A stretch of 64,000 nucleotides of DNA from Nitrospinales bacterium (GCA_023248535.1 JAHFEJ010000004.1:3012-67011); one strand, 5' to 3'. Shown: positions 38,569-47,938, counted from the first letter of the stretch. A program made the numbers and translations. The notes: generated from the letters alone by a model not told the origin.

Positions 38569-40182
38569 TTACGCCTGTTTGGCCCGCTTGAGCCAACTGC
38601 GCAGCAATTCAGCCGCCTGCTCCGGATTGCTGGATATAAGATCGGTCACCCGTTTGCGGTAATCGATTACCTCATTTTCTTTGGCTCCCATCAAACCGGA
38701 AAGCTCCTTTTCCATCTGCGAAACCGTCTGCGGGAAGGTGCGCAGTTCTTCCACTTCCTTGGTGGAAGTGGCCAGCCAGCGCGAAACCGGCCTCAGGAGG
38801 AACAGGAACAGTATCACGCCCGCGATGGCGTACCCGGCGTACTTGATACCGGTCATCATCAACTCCTGCTTGGATTCGGTGTCAAGCCGTTCAGCCTCCG
38901 CCATCAAAGCGGTTTCCTCGAACTGCATGCTTTCTACCGTCACGTTATCCTGCCGGTTCCCCTCGAAACCGATAGCGGAGCGTACCAGTCCCGCGATACG
39001 CTCTTTTTCTTCGTTGACCAGCGGCGTGAACTCGCGTGTCACCTTACCGTCAGCCCCCTTGGTTTCCTTGTATTTTCCATCCACCATCACGGCGACGGAA
39101 AGCTTTTTCACCTGCATGGCAGGTTCCACCACCGTCTTCACCACTTTGTTGATCTCGTAGTTGACGGTTTCCTGCGTTTTGGTCGACTCGGCCGGTTTGC
39201 CGATGATCTGTCCCGCCTCGCCGCTTTCCGGAATGTTGCTCGATACGCCGGCCACCCCCGCGGGCATCGCCGGGCCGGTGTTCTTTTCCTCCACCCGGTG
39301 CTCGCTGCGGGCCACCTGGCTCTCCGGGTCATACAGCTCTTCAGTGCGCTGTTCCTGCTTGAAATCGATGGCCGCCGACACGCGGATGATCGCCTTGCCG
39401 TTGCCCACCACATGCTCAAGCATGGTCCGCACCCGCTTTTCAACATCGTTTTCATAATTGCGGCGCATATCCATTTGCCGGTTTGACAGCTTGGTCATTT
39501 CGTCCCCGTCTTCGTCCGGCACGGTCAGAATGGTGCCGTGACTGTCCACGATGGTGACATCGGAGGGACTCAGCCCTTCAATGGATGACGAAACAAGGTG
39601 GGCCATTCCCTCCACCTGCGATTTGTTCAGTTTTCCGTTCCCCCTCAGCTTTAGCACCACCGAGGCGGTCGGCTTCTGCTTATCCTCCTCGAAAAGCGAC
39701 TTGTTGGGGATGGAGATATGCACGCGGGAACTTTGCACCGCCGCGATGGAATTAATGGTTCGCTGCAATTCCCCTTGCAGGGCACGGCGGTAATTCAGTT
39801 TTTGAACGAATTCGGTCATGCCGAAGGTGGTTTTGTCGAACAGCTCGAATCCGACGCCGCCCCCCGAGGGTATCCCTTCGCCCGCAAGCTCAAGCCGGAG
39901 CTGATAGACGTCTTTGCCCGGCACGCTGACCGCCGTACCGCCGCTTTCCAGCTTGTACATTATCTTGCGGGTCTTCAGCTTTTCGGTGACGGCGAGGGCG
40001 TCTTCCTGCGAAAGGTTCGCATAGAGGACGCTGTAGTCCTCACCGCTGGAAAGATAGCTCGTGACCAAAATGCCGGCGGCCAGCAGGATGCCGAATCCGA
40101 CCAGGGCGATCTTCTTCCCCGTCGGCATATTGTTGAACAACACGGCCAGTTGTCCAAACGCGTTTTTTAGCTGATCAAACAT
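38569..40182 (-). CDS. fliF: Flagellar M-ring protein FliF
   Basis: G.GFELFD...FG.TEF.Q..NY.RALQGEL.RTI, PTASV, NYEI, NPE..A..LR.W. Confidence 0.97.
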   Translation of the reverse strand: MFDQLKNAFGQLAVLFNNMPTGKKIALVGFGILLAAGILVTSYLSSGEDYSVLYANLSQEDALAVTEKLKTRKIMYKLESGGTAVSVPGKDVYQLRLELAGEGIPSGGGVGFELFDKTTFGMTEFVQKLNYRRALQGELQRTINSIAAVQSSRVHISIPNKSLFEEDKQKPTASVVLKLRGNGKLNKSQVEGMAHLVSSSIEGLSPSDVTIVDSHGTILTVPDEDGDEMTKLSNRQMDMRRNYENDVEKRVRTMLEHVVGNGKAIIRVSAAIDFKQEQRTEELYDPESQVARSEHRVEEKNTGPAMPAGVAGVSSNIPESGEAGQIIGKPAESTKTQETVNYEINKVVKTVVEPAMQVKKLSVAVMVDGKYKETKGADGKVTREFTPLVNEEKERIAGLVRSAIGFEGNRQDNVTVESMQFEETALMAEAERLDTESKQELMMTGIKYAGYAIAGVILFLFLLRPVSRWLATSTKEVEELRTFPQTVSQMEKELSGLMGAKENEVIDYRKRVTDLISSNPEQAAELLRSWLKRAKQA

Positions 40183-40221
40183 TCCCGCCTCCCGTCACTT
40201 CCATGTCACCCATATCCCCGT

Positions 40222-40650
40222 TTACCGATTTCCAATATCGATGGCTTTCTGCGCCATCGTTTTCACCGTGTTGATCACCGCCGCGTTCGCCTCGTAGGCG
40301 CGCGTGGCGGAAAGCATGTCCACCATCTCCTTCATTACATTCACGTTGGGCATGCTCACATACCCGTTCACGTCGGCATCGGGATGGCTGGGATCGTACA
40401 CCTTCTGAAACTCCCCCCGGTCTTCCTGAACGGCGACCACGGTCGGCTGCGAAACCGAATCCGCCAACGCCTTGCCGAATCCGCCTTCAAGGGGCGTGGC
40501 GGCCAACACTACTTCCTTGCGCCGGTAGGGGCCGCCTTCCGGCGTGCGGGTGGTATTCACGTTGGCTAGATTGCTGCTCACCACATTCATCCGGGTGCGC
40601 TGCGCGCTCAGGCCCGCCGCTCCAACTTTCATTGCCGACATTAAATCCAT
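40222..40650 (-). CDS. flgC: Flagellar basal-body rod protein FlgC
   Basis: NLAN..TT, PYRRK, YDP.HPDA, PNVN...EMVD, R.YEAN. Confidence 0.97.
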   Translation of the reverse strand: MDLMSAMKVGAAGLSAQRTRMNVVSSNLANVNTTRTPEGGPYRRKEVVLAATPLEGGFGKALADSVSQPTVVAVQEDRGEFQKVYDPSHPDADVNGYVSMPNVNVMKEMVDMLSATRAYEANAAVINTVKTMAQKAIDIGNR

Positions 40651-40666
40651 GGCGTCACTCCTTTAA

Positions 40667-41077
40667 TTATTGCGCCGAAAGCGATATCGCGCTTTTCAAA
40701 AGACCCAACTGTTTGTTCGTGATCGTGGCGTAGGTGGAGTAATTAATGTTCATCTCCGCCATCCGCGTTATTTCCCGTTCCAAATCCACCGTGTTGCCAT
40801 CCAGCCGCGCCGAAGAACCGCTCGCCGTCATCGACGGCGTTACTTTTAAGATGTCGGTTACCGGTAAATGCCCCGGATGCGTTCTCACCATTCCCCCTTT
40901 AGCCGGGGTTTTCAGCGCTTCGGCCATGGCCCCTTCAAAACTTACTTCTTGGGCCTTGTAGCCTGGAGTGGCGCTGTTGGCAATATTCGCCGCAGTCTGC
41001 GATGCTGAAGCGGATACGAAGTCGAGCGAACGGCTCGCCAGCTCCAATCCGTTTGTCGTCAAACCAAATATTTTCAT
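40667..41077 (-). CDS. flgB: Flagellar basal-body rod protein FlgB
   Basis: NIAN..TPGYKA..V.F, RLDGNTVDLERE. Confidence 0.95.
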   Translation of the reverse strand: MKIFGLTTNGLELASRSLDFVSASASQTAANIANSATPGYKAQEVSFEGAMAEALKTPAKGGMVRTHPGHLPVTDILKVTPSMTASGSSARLDGNTVDLEREITRMAEMNINYSTYATITNKQLGLLKSAISLSAQ

Positions 41078-41121
41078 GGCGTCAAAATTCCCTACACAAT
41101 ATTTTTGCCTAACCTCTATAG

Positions 41122-41137
41122 AGCAAACGCCATGCCG
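41122..41137 (-). promoter_or_regulatory. Sigma54 (-24/-12) promoter of the flgB operon
   Basis: Minus strand CGGCATGGCGTTTGCT (GG-N10-GC). Confidence 0.72.
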
Positions 41138-41492
41138 CAAACCGCAACTGCCGGTTTTTGCTCTATTTCCACACTTCCATCAATTCCATGTCCCCGAAAA
41201 CTAACTCCAACGTCAAAAAATGTAATCCTCAAACATCATTAAGTAGGGAAACAGCAAATGCCGAGCCACGGAATATTGACGGGCAAGCACCTTTTCCTAG
41301 ATGACAACGACTCTCATAGGCTAGAGGTCAAGGATGAATCCCATAGGCAATGGGAAATTATGGAAAATGGCAAATTTTTTCCGATTTACGATTTTCATAT
41401 CGGCAAAAGGAGGCAAATTCTGCCGGACAAGGGATGGAATGGCTAGGAACTTTATGCACTGCGGGACAGTACGCAAGTAACATCTCTTTTAT

Positions 41493-41527
41493 TATCAGAT
41501 ATTTATCTCCATGGCACAGCTCTTGTA
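41493..41527 (+). promoter_or_regulatory. IHF-like site and sigma54 promoter of fliK-flgD-flgE
   Basis: TATCAGATATTTA (close to WATCAANNNNTTR) at 41493-41505; TGGCACAGCTCTTGTA at 41512-41527. Confidence 0.68.
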
Positions 41528-41569
41528 ATTTTCCATCGGTGAACAGGAAGTAAAACTTTAGAGGTAAAT

Positions 41570-43189
41570 ATGAAAGTAGAAATGAAAAAGGCGACAGACG
41601 TAACCCAAACAGCGGGAACCGGAGCGGCAGTGGTGATGGGAGCTTCCGGGTTGGCGGGGGCCGGCGCATTTGCCACCTTGCTCAGCACCTTTACCGCCGG
41701 CGATGCGAAACAGACGGCATTGCAATCCGCCGATTTTCATTCCGCAAAAAAGAATGCTGATGCTCCGATAGCCGCGCGAAACACCGAATCAAATACCTTT
41801 AAATCGAATGCCGTTAAAGAGGCCTCACAAAAATATGAGAAGACCGCGGCAAAAGCGGCGGCGAAGGCTGAAACCTCCAACACCAATACCGGCAACACCG
41901 GCAGCGTTTCAGCGGCCAAGGCGGTAAACAGCGAATCCAACGAATCAAATGAAAACGATGCCGATGCGGACAACGCGGCCAAAACAGAGACGAAGGGCAC
42001 CGCCGCCCAAGCCGCCAAGGCTCCGCAGAGCGAACAGGCGCCTGATCAAGCACAACCGCCGATGAAGATGGAAGATGTCATTAAAGCGTTAAACCTCAAC
42101 GATCAGCAGGTGCAGCAGTTGGCGCAGGCGCTCAACATCAGCGCGGCCGATCTGAAGCAGATGCAGATCGCCGTCAAGGCGGACGGGCAGACAGGGGGGG
42201 CGCAACTGACCGCCCTGATGGCGGATGGCAAGGAACAGAACCTTTCTGCGATGCTTGGCATGAATTCCGCCGATGGCAAGGCGGCTCCGGCACAGGCGGT
42301 CATGGATAAAATCGCGGGCATCCTGAACCTGGACAACAGCCAAAAACAGGACTTTTTCGCGCAACTTAACATTTCCTCCTTTTCATCCAATTCGTCCGAC
42401 GGTGTCAAGACCGCCAACGGCGACATAGCCCTCAAAAACTCCAACGCAGCCAAACAGGCCGATCAGATACAACCTTCCGCCAACAACGCCACCGCCATCG
42501 AGACGGGCAACACCGCGGTACAGAATGCGGCACAACCCGAGAACAACGGCAACGGCGGCAACTCCTTCAACGGAGAGGCGGGCACGCAGATCGCCGCGAC
42601 AGCACAAAAAGACGGCGCGGTAACGGAACAGTCCCAGAAAACGGATTTCAGCGCCGCCCTCGGCAAAGCGGGCGAAGCCGCCGGCGCCGCCGCCACGCAA
42701 GGGACGAAAACCACGGCGGTTCACGCCGCGGCGCAGACGTTGGCGGCTGAAACGGCCAAACCCGACGCCAAGGTTATGAACCAGATCGTGGAAAAGGCGA
42801 CCATACTCCAGTTCCCCAACGCCACGCAGACCAAGATCAGCCTGAACCCCAAAGAACTCGGCAACGTGGACATAAAGTTGACGATGCACGACTCGTCGGT
42901 GACGGCGAGCATCGTGGTGGAAAACAGCGCTGTCAAGCAGGTGGTTGAGCAGAACCTCGACCAGCTCAAGAACGCGCTGCACCAGCAGGGGATCACCGTG
43001 GACGAGATGATGGTCTCTGTCGGCCAGCAGAACGGCGGCAACGCGCAGAATTCAAACCAGTCCCAGCGTGAAGCGGCGGCCAACGCCCCCTTCACCGGAA
43101 CCGCCCAGCGTGCGCCCGAACCCGCGGCCGTCAGCCCGGCGTTCATGCGCCGCCCGATCGGCAACCACCGGGTCAGCGTCACGGCATAA
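41570..43189 (+). CDS. fliK: Flagellar hook-length control protein FliK
   Basis: Low-complexity N-terminus; C-terminal L.PKELG.V.I...L..L..AL..QG; precedes flgD. Confidence 0.92.
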   Translation: MKVEMKKATDVTQTAGTGAAVVMGASGLAGAGAFATLLSTFTAGDAKQTALQSADFHSAKKNADAPIAARNTESNTFKSNAVKEASQKYEKTAAKAAAKAETSNTNTGNTGSVSAAKAVNSESNESNENDADADNAAKTETKGTAAQAAKAPQSEQAPDQAQPPMKMEDVIKALNLNDQQVQQLAQALNISAADLKQMQIAVKADGQTGGAQLTALMADGKEQNLSAMLGMNSADGKAAPAQAVMDKIAGILNLDNSQKQDFFAQLNISSFSSNSSDGVKTANGDIALKNSNAAKQADQIQPSANNATAIETGNTAVQNAAQPENNGNGGNSFNGEAGTQIAATAQKDGAVTEQSQKTDFSAALGKAGEAAGAAATQGTKTTAVHAAAQTLAAETAKPDAKVMNQIVEKATILQFPNATQTKISLNPKELGNVDIKLTMHDSSVTASIVVENSAVKQVVEQNLDQLKNALHQQGITVDEMMVSVGQQNGGNAQNSNQSQREAAANAPFTGTAQRAPEPAAVSPAFMRRPIGNHRVSVTA

Positions 43190-43200
43190 GGAGAAAAACC

Positions 43201-43947
43201 ATGATAGTAAATTCAAGCGCTGAAACCACCGCGACGCCGCAGAAGGCGGCGGCCGGAAGCCTGCTTCCCGGCGGCAAAGCCGCCACTTCCCAGGGAACCT
43301 TGAGCAAGGATCAGTTTCTGAAGCTGCTCATCGAACAGTTGAAGCACCAGGATCCGCTCTCCCCGATGCAAAACACCGAGTTCACCTCGCAGATGGCGCA
43401 GTTCAGCCAGCTTGAACAGCTCTACAACGTGAACACAAGCCTGGGCACGATGGCGCAAGCAAGCGTTTCCGCAAACAACGCCCAGTCGTTGAGCCTGATC
43501 GGCAAGGAAGTGAAAGCGGCCGGCAACAGCATCGAGGTGAAGAACGGCGCCGCAAGCGACATGGCCTTCAACCTGCCGGAAGCCGCCTCCGACGCCTCGG
43601 TCACCGTCAGCGACGCGAAGGGCAACGTGGTCGCCACCATCGACGCAGGCGCGAAAGCAAGCGGCGACAACACGGTGGCGTGGGACGGCCGCGACGCGGC
43701 GGGCCAGCCGGTGGCCTCGGGCACTTATACCTTCAGCGTGAACGCGCACAACCTGGCGGGGAACAGCATCACCGCCTCCACCTACATGAGGGGCGTCGTG
43801 AAATCGGTGAGCATTCAAAACGGGGTGTCATACCTGAACCTCGGCAACAACATAAAGATTCAGTTGGGCGACGTCATGGAGGTCAGCCAGCCAGGCACGG
43901 CGACAACCTCCGCGGCGGTAAAGAACTTGGGCATTTTTTCGTATTAA
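43201..43947 (+). CDS. flgD: Flagellar hook capping protein FlgD
   Basis: FLKLL..QLK.QDPL.PM, Q.AQFSQLEQ, WDG.D..G. Confidence 0.96.
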   Translation: MIVNSSAETTATPQKAAAGSLLPGGKAATSQGTLSKDQFLKLLIEQLKHQDPLSPMQNTEFTSQMAQFSQLEQLYNVNTSLGTMAQASVSANNAQSLSLIGKEVKAAGNSIEVKNGAASDMAFNLPEAASDASVTVSDAKGNVVATIDAGAKASGDNTVAWDGRDAAGQPVASGTYTFSVNAHNLAGNSITASTYMRGVVKSVSIQNGVSYLNLGNNIKIQLGDVMEVSQPGTATTSAAVKNLGIFSY

Positions 43948-43962
43948 ACAAGGAGGCAGATC

Positions 43963-45210
43963 ATGAGTTTAAACAGTGCAATGTATTCCGGGGTCAGCGG
44001 CATTATGACGCTGGGCAACGCCATGAACGTGACGGGCGACAACATCGCCAACGTCAACACGGTCGGCTACAAGGGGAGCCGCACGATGTTCTCGGACATC
44101 CTGTCCAATTCGCTTTCCAACGGCTCCACCACCATGCAGATGGGGCGCGGCACCTTTTTGAGCGGCGTCACCCCCTCGTGGTCGCAGGGGTCCTTTGAAA
44201 GCACCGCCAACGCCACCGACATGGCGCTGCAAGGCTCCGGCTTTTTCATGGTGAAAGACCCCGTCAACAACGCCAAGTTCTACACCCGTTCCGGCCAGTT
44301 CACCCTTAACAACCAGGGGCAACTGGTCAACGGCAACGGGATGAACGTGCAGGGGTATCAGGTAACCAGCACCGTGAACGGCGCGGTGAACACCAACGGC
44401 CAGATCAGCAACATCAACATCGGCGGCGTGCAGTCGGTGCCCAAGGCCACCACGCAGTTCCGCATCGGCGCGAACCTCAACGCCGCGGCCAGCGCCAACG
44501 CCACGTTCGCCACCAGCTTCGACGTGTACAACAACCTCGGCGGCCGCGTGACGCTGACCTACAGCTTCACGAAAAGCCCCCTGGCCCCGCTGACGTGGAA
44601 CTACACGGTCGCAGCCTCTTCCGGCACGATAACCACCGGCGGCGCGGGCGCCATGACCTTCAACTCCTCCGGCCAGATGGTGACACCGGCGGCAAACCCC
44701 GCGCTTTCCATCACCGGCTTCCCCACCGGCGCCGCGCCCCTGACGATGAACTGGACGCTCTTCAACCCGGTTGGCGGCGCGCTTTACGGCGACATCACCA
44801 GCTACAACGCCGGATCGACCACGACCTCGATCATCCAGGACGGCTACTCGACCGGCACGCTGAAGGGCCTCTCGGTCGACGGCAAGGGGGTCATCAGCGG
44901 CCTCTTCTCCAACGGCCAAACGCAGGCGCTCTACCAGTTGGCGATAGCCGACTTCGCCAGCCCCTGGGGCCTCAGCCGCCAGGGGGGCAGCATGTACGCC
45001 GAAACCATGCAGTCGGGCCAGCCGTTGCTGGGCACCGCCGGATCGGGCGGACTGGGCACCGTGCTCGGCAGTTCGCTGGAGCTTTCCAACGTCGACCTCG
45101 CCAGCGAGTTCGTGAAAATGATCCAGAACCAGCGCGGCTACCAGGCGAACTCGCGCATCATCACCACGGTGGACGAGATGATGACCGAAGCGGTGAACCT
45201 GAAACGGTAA
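43963..45210 (+). CDS. flgE: Flagellar hook protein FlgE
   Basis: NIAN.NT.GYK, D.A.QG.GFF, YTR.G.F, LE.SNVDLA.EF..MI..QRGYQAN. Confidence 0.97.
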   Translation: MSLNSAMYSGVSGIMTLGNAMNVTGDNIANVNTVGYKGSRTMFSDILSNSLSNGSTTMQMGRGTFLSGVTPSWSQGSFESTANATDMALQGSGFFMVKDPVNNAKFYTRSGQFTLNNQGQLVNGNGMNVQGYQVTSTVNGAVNTNGQISNINIGGVQSVPKATTQFRIGANLNAAASANATFATSFDVYNNLGGRVTLTYSFTKSPLAPLTWNYTVAASSGTITTGGAGAMTFNSSGQMVTPAANPALSITGFPTGAAPLTMNWTLFNPVGGALYGDITSYNAGSTTTSIIQDGYSTGTLKGLSVDGKGVISGLFSNGQTQALYQLAIADFASPWGLSRQGGSMYAETMQSGQPLLGTAGSGGLGTVLGSSLELSNVDLASEFVKMIQNQRGYQANSRIITTVDEMMTEAVNLKR

Positions 45211-45225
45211 ATAAGATAACGTAAA

Positions 45226-45522
45226 TCCCGCCGGTGTTCCGGCGGGAACGTTGAAGGATAACGATGTACATAAGGAGTGTTAGCACGGTCAAGCATTTTT
45301 CGCCTCCTTGTTTCGACCGGCGCCTTTAAACACTGCGTCCTGTTCAACCCCCGCCGGGATTAACCCCCCGGCGGGGGCAAAAAATGAGCGGATGAAATTT
45401 AGAAGCAAGCGTTTTTGAAATTGGAAGTTAAGAAGGGAACCGCCGTTTTCGCCTCCTTGTTTATACGGCGCGCGTCCTTTTAACTGCGTCAAAATGCCCG
45501 GCCGGCAGCCTACCGGCCGGGC
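45226..45522 (+). ncRNA. Candidate tandem structured RNA(s) with anti-Shine-Dalgarno loops in the flgE 3' region
   Basis: Two long hairpins with different stems but the same loop 17-mer TTTTCGCCTCCTTGTTT (45297-45313, 45446-45462), each bracketed by GC-rich hairpins. Confidence 0.6.
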
Positions 45523-45562
45523 GCCCAAATCCCCCCTCTTCCCCTTCCCCCTGTCAGAAGTG

Positions 45563-45657
45563 AACCACAGAGCAACAGAGACACGGAGAGGACTGTTTGG
45601 GGTAATAAACAACGAAAAAAAGATTTTTCTGCCCTGTGCCTCTGCGTCTCTGTGGTT
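45563..45657. repeat. Family C inverted repeat (ACCACAGAG.CACAGAG type)
   Basis: AACCACAGAGCAACAGAGACACGGAG ... CTGTGCCTCTGCGTCTCTGTGGTT; second copy at 60744-60846. Confidence 0.8.
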
Positions 45658-45673
45658 ATCTCCATATTCCCCG

Positions 45674-45995
45674 GTGGGTGCAGGTTCTCAACATATACAT
45701 CGGCCCGGCGGGCTTGGAGAGTTGCCGCTGGCGCGGCAATGTCACACAGGAATGTGAGACCTGCTTCCCATGGTGGGACACGCATTCTTGCGTGTCATCG
45801 GCCCGGCGGGCCGATTGCGATGTCATCCCGCACTTGATGCGGGATCCAGAAACATTATCAAAGCTTCCCCCATCGGCCCGCCGGGCCGACGTTCCCTTGG
45901 CGCGGTGCGCCAATGTACCCAATAAATTATGTACCTACCGGGAGGGGGAAAGTTTGGACAATATTTCTGGGTGCCGGGTCAAGCCCGGCATGACA
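45674..45995. repeat. REP/REPIN cluster (family A modules, part enclosed by a family B inverted pair)
   Basis: GTGG-GACACGCATTCTTGCGTGTC, ATCGGCCC..GGGCCGA x3, family B arms at 45821-45849 and 45967-45995. Confidence 0.85.
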
Positions 45996-46015
45996 GAGAA
46001 GGAATTGGCGCCGCA

Positions 46016-46044
46016 TTGCCAACTGCCTCGATACCCGTTATAAT
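46016..46044 (+). promoter_or_regulatory. Sigma70 promoter of higBA
   Basis: TTGCCA-N17-TATAAT, 7 nt before the GTG start. Confidence 0.75.
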
Positions 46045-46051
46045 GGGAGCC

Positions 46052-46339
46052 GTGATAAAGTCGTTTGCCGGCAAAATGACCCGGAAGCTTTTCGAGGAAG
46101 GAAAGGCCGAAGGTCATTTACGGGCAATCGAGGCGGCGGCGAAAAGAAAGCTCGCCATGCTTCACTTTGCGCGGCGGCTTGCCGACTTGCGCGTGCCGCC
46201 GGGAAACAGGCTGGAAGCCCTTAAAGGCGGCAGAAAAGGACAATTCAGCATCAGGATAAACGACCAATATCGAATCTGCTTTCGTTTTGATGAAGGAGAA
46301 GGCAATGCTTACGATGTTGAAATCACCGATTATCATTAA
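46052..46339 (+). CDS. higB: HigB (RelE/ParE-family) toxin
   Basis: IKSF, L..PPGNRLEALKG.R.GQ.SIRINDQ.RICF.F, DVEI.DYH. Confidence 0.94.
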   Translation: MIKSFAGKMTRKLFEEGKAEGHLRAIEAAAKRKLAMLHFARRLADLRVPPGNRLEALKGGRKGQFSIRINDQYRICFRFDEGEGNAYDVEITDYH

Positions 46340-46351
46340 GGAAATGAAGCC

Positions 46352-46651
46352 ATGAGCGGTATTGGATACGCCATTGAACATCCGGGGGCGGTGCTGTGGG
46401 AGGAGTACCTTCAGCCGATGGGGATAACCCAAAGCCGCTTCGCGCGGGAGATCGCCATCAGCTTTACGCGAGCCAACGAACTGATAAACGGGAAACGGGG
46501 CTTTACGCCCGATACCGCCCTGCGGGTGGCGAAATATCTGGGCACGTCGCCGGAATTCTGGATGAACTGGCAAGCGGCCTACGATCTCCAGCGCGCCCGC
46601 AAAGAGCACGCCGGCGACTATCGCAAAATAAAAACCGTCACCGCCGCGTAA
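46352..46651 (+). CDS. higA: HigA antitoxin (HTH)
   Basis: HPG..L.EEYL.P.GITQ, INGKR..TPDTALR.A...GTSPEFW.N.Q..YDL. Confidence 0.94.
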   Translation: MSGIGYAIEHPGAVLWEEYLQPMGITQSRFAREIAISFTRANELINGKRGFTPDTALRVAKYLGTSPEFWMNWQAAYDLQRARKEHAGDYRKIKTVTAA

Positions 46652-46657
46652 CCCTCC

Positions 46658-46817
46658 ATCGGCCCGCCGGGCCGATTGTCTTGGTAGGTGCGACATTCCT
46701 GTCGCACATTGGCGCAACGCGCCAACCGTGTCGGCCCAATGGGCCGATGTACCCAATGAATTGGGTACCCACCGGGAAAGGCAGGGGCAGGTTTGAAACC
46801 TGCCCGTACAGCATCCG
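46658..46817. repeat. REPIN (family A) plus family D REP
   Basis: GTAG-GTGCGACATTCCTGTCGCAC, GTACCCAATGAATTGGGTAC-CCAC, GGGCAGGTTTGAAACCTGCCCGTAC. Confidence 0.85.
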
Positions 46818-46837
46818 GTCCACCAAGAACAAGAAAG

Positions 46838-47071
46838 GGCCGGCCTGGCGGGCCGCTTTTCTTCGTGGCACGATCCGGCTTTGCCCGAGAGAACGCGGAT
46901 CGCATATTCAGGGTTATACCCGCAATTGACCTGAAATTCCGACAGTATCCCCGCCCCTTCTTCTTCCCCTCTGCCTGCCGGCACCGCTCCCGGATCGCCA
47001 CAAAGTATTCTTTCCGCTATACTTTCCCCATTTTCCGCGTTCCTTTTGGTTACATTTAATATGAGGCAATT
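46838..47071 (-). pseudogene. Decayed 5' end of an integrase-core IS transposase (ISNCY/ISLbi1-like) with its terminal sequence
   Basis: From ATG 47031: MGKV*RKEYFVAIRERCRQA..KKKG(frameshift)ILSEFQVNCGYNPEYAIRVL...RPARP, resembling the recalled N-terminus EYL..IR.RY..A.K.EK..ILDEF...CGY.RKYAIR.L; end-like TTGCCTCATATTAAATGTAACC upstream. Confidence 0.65.
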
Positions 47072-47185
47072 CGTAGTATAAATAAACCAGCTATTTGACA
47101 TCTCAAAAAGTAGCATTCCGAGGTACAATCAACATAATCTAAAGAGTCTCTGCTCTTCCTTTGATTTCATCGGAGGTGTCTGATC

Positions 47186-47455
47186 TTGAACAAATTCAAC
47201 GTTAAGAAGACAGCGAAAGATGACCTACTGAACATTCCCAACGTACATTCTCATCCGGGAATTCAATTTCCCCTCCTTGTAGAGCCTGTAGCGAACTCGA
47301 TTACATGCTTATTTGAAAGCCAGCACCACTATAACAACGGGGTGAACGTACTGCATGACAACACCAGCCGGGCAGGTGTTGAAGGCGCCGCTATCCAATT
47401 GCTCACGCTGACATCTTTTCCTTCCGAAGTGGTGGCGTATGAGCCTAAACAATAA
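47186..47455 (+). CDS. Possible hypothetical protein
   Basis: SD GGAGGTG before a TTG start; no recognisable motif. Confidence 0.3.
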   Translation: MNKFNVKKTAKDDLLNIPNVHSHPGIQFPLLVEPVANSITCLFESQHHYNNGVNVLHDNTSRAGVEGAAIQLLTLTSFPSEVVAYEPKQ

Positions 47456-47903
47456 GCGCCTTGCGGCGCTCATCGGGTGTCTTTTTATAGCCTACGGCGC
47501 AATAACGGGATGTGGCCGTAAATTGAAGCCAAATGAAGGCGGCACCGCGTCTTCCGGCGGGGGTGGCTTGCCAAGCGCATATGATTCATCAACGCCATCG
47601 GGCACCTCGAATGGCGCGTCATCTTCAAGTAACAATGCCCAGCGGCATGGCTGTCAATACCCATCAAGCGGCAATCCAACATCGTGCGTTGAAAAGGATA
47701 ATATCGTCAGCCAGGCAAATTGCAATAATTATGAGACGTTCGCTGATTCTTGCCCTTTGACCGGCCTTGTCGCCACATGCTCCATTAAAGATACATATGG
47801 CTCTGTCATCAAAATAAATTATGAATATACCGGCACCCTGCAAGACGCTCAACTATACACAACGATTGGAACAGGCGAGACACTTTCTTGCATAGGCCCT
47901 TGA
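47439..47903 (+). CDS. Cys-rich lipoprotein (AT-richer than flanking genes)
   Basis: Lipobox ITGC, Gly/Ser linker, six Cys in the mature C-terminal domain. Confidence 0.72.
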   Translation: MSLNNKRLAALIGCLFIAYGAITGCGRKLKPNEGGTASSGGGGLPSAYDSSTPSGTSNGASSSSNNAQRHGCQYPSSGNPTSCVEKDNIVSQANCNNYETFADSCPLTGLVATCSIKDTYGSVIKINYEYTGTLQDAQLYTTIGTGETLSCIGP

Positions 47904-47938
47904 CGGCAAGACGCAACGCACCTGAGCCGCCTTTTGAG

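Noticed and set aside
45138-45347. Minus-strand small ORF with a perfect SD (AAGGAGG-N6-ATG)
   Set aside because: It overlaps the flgE 3' end antisense, and the second copy of the motif has no start codon, so an RNA-level role is more parsimonious; not fully excluded
45289-46043. Several 60-135 aa ORFs between flgE and higB
   Set aside because: They run through hairpins and REP repeats and show no protein-like motifs
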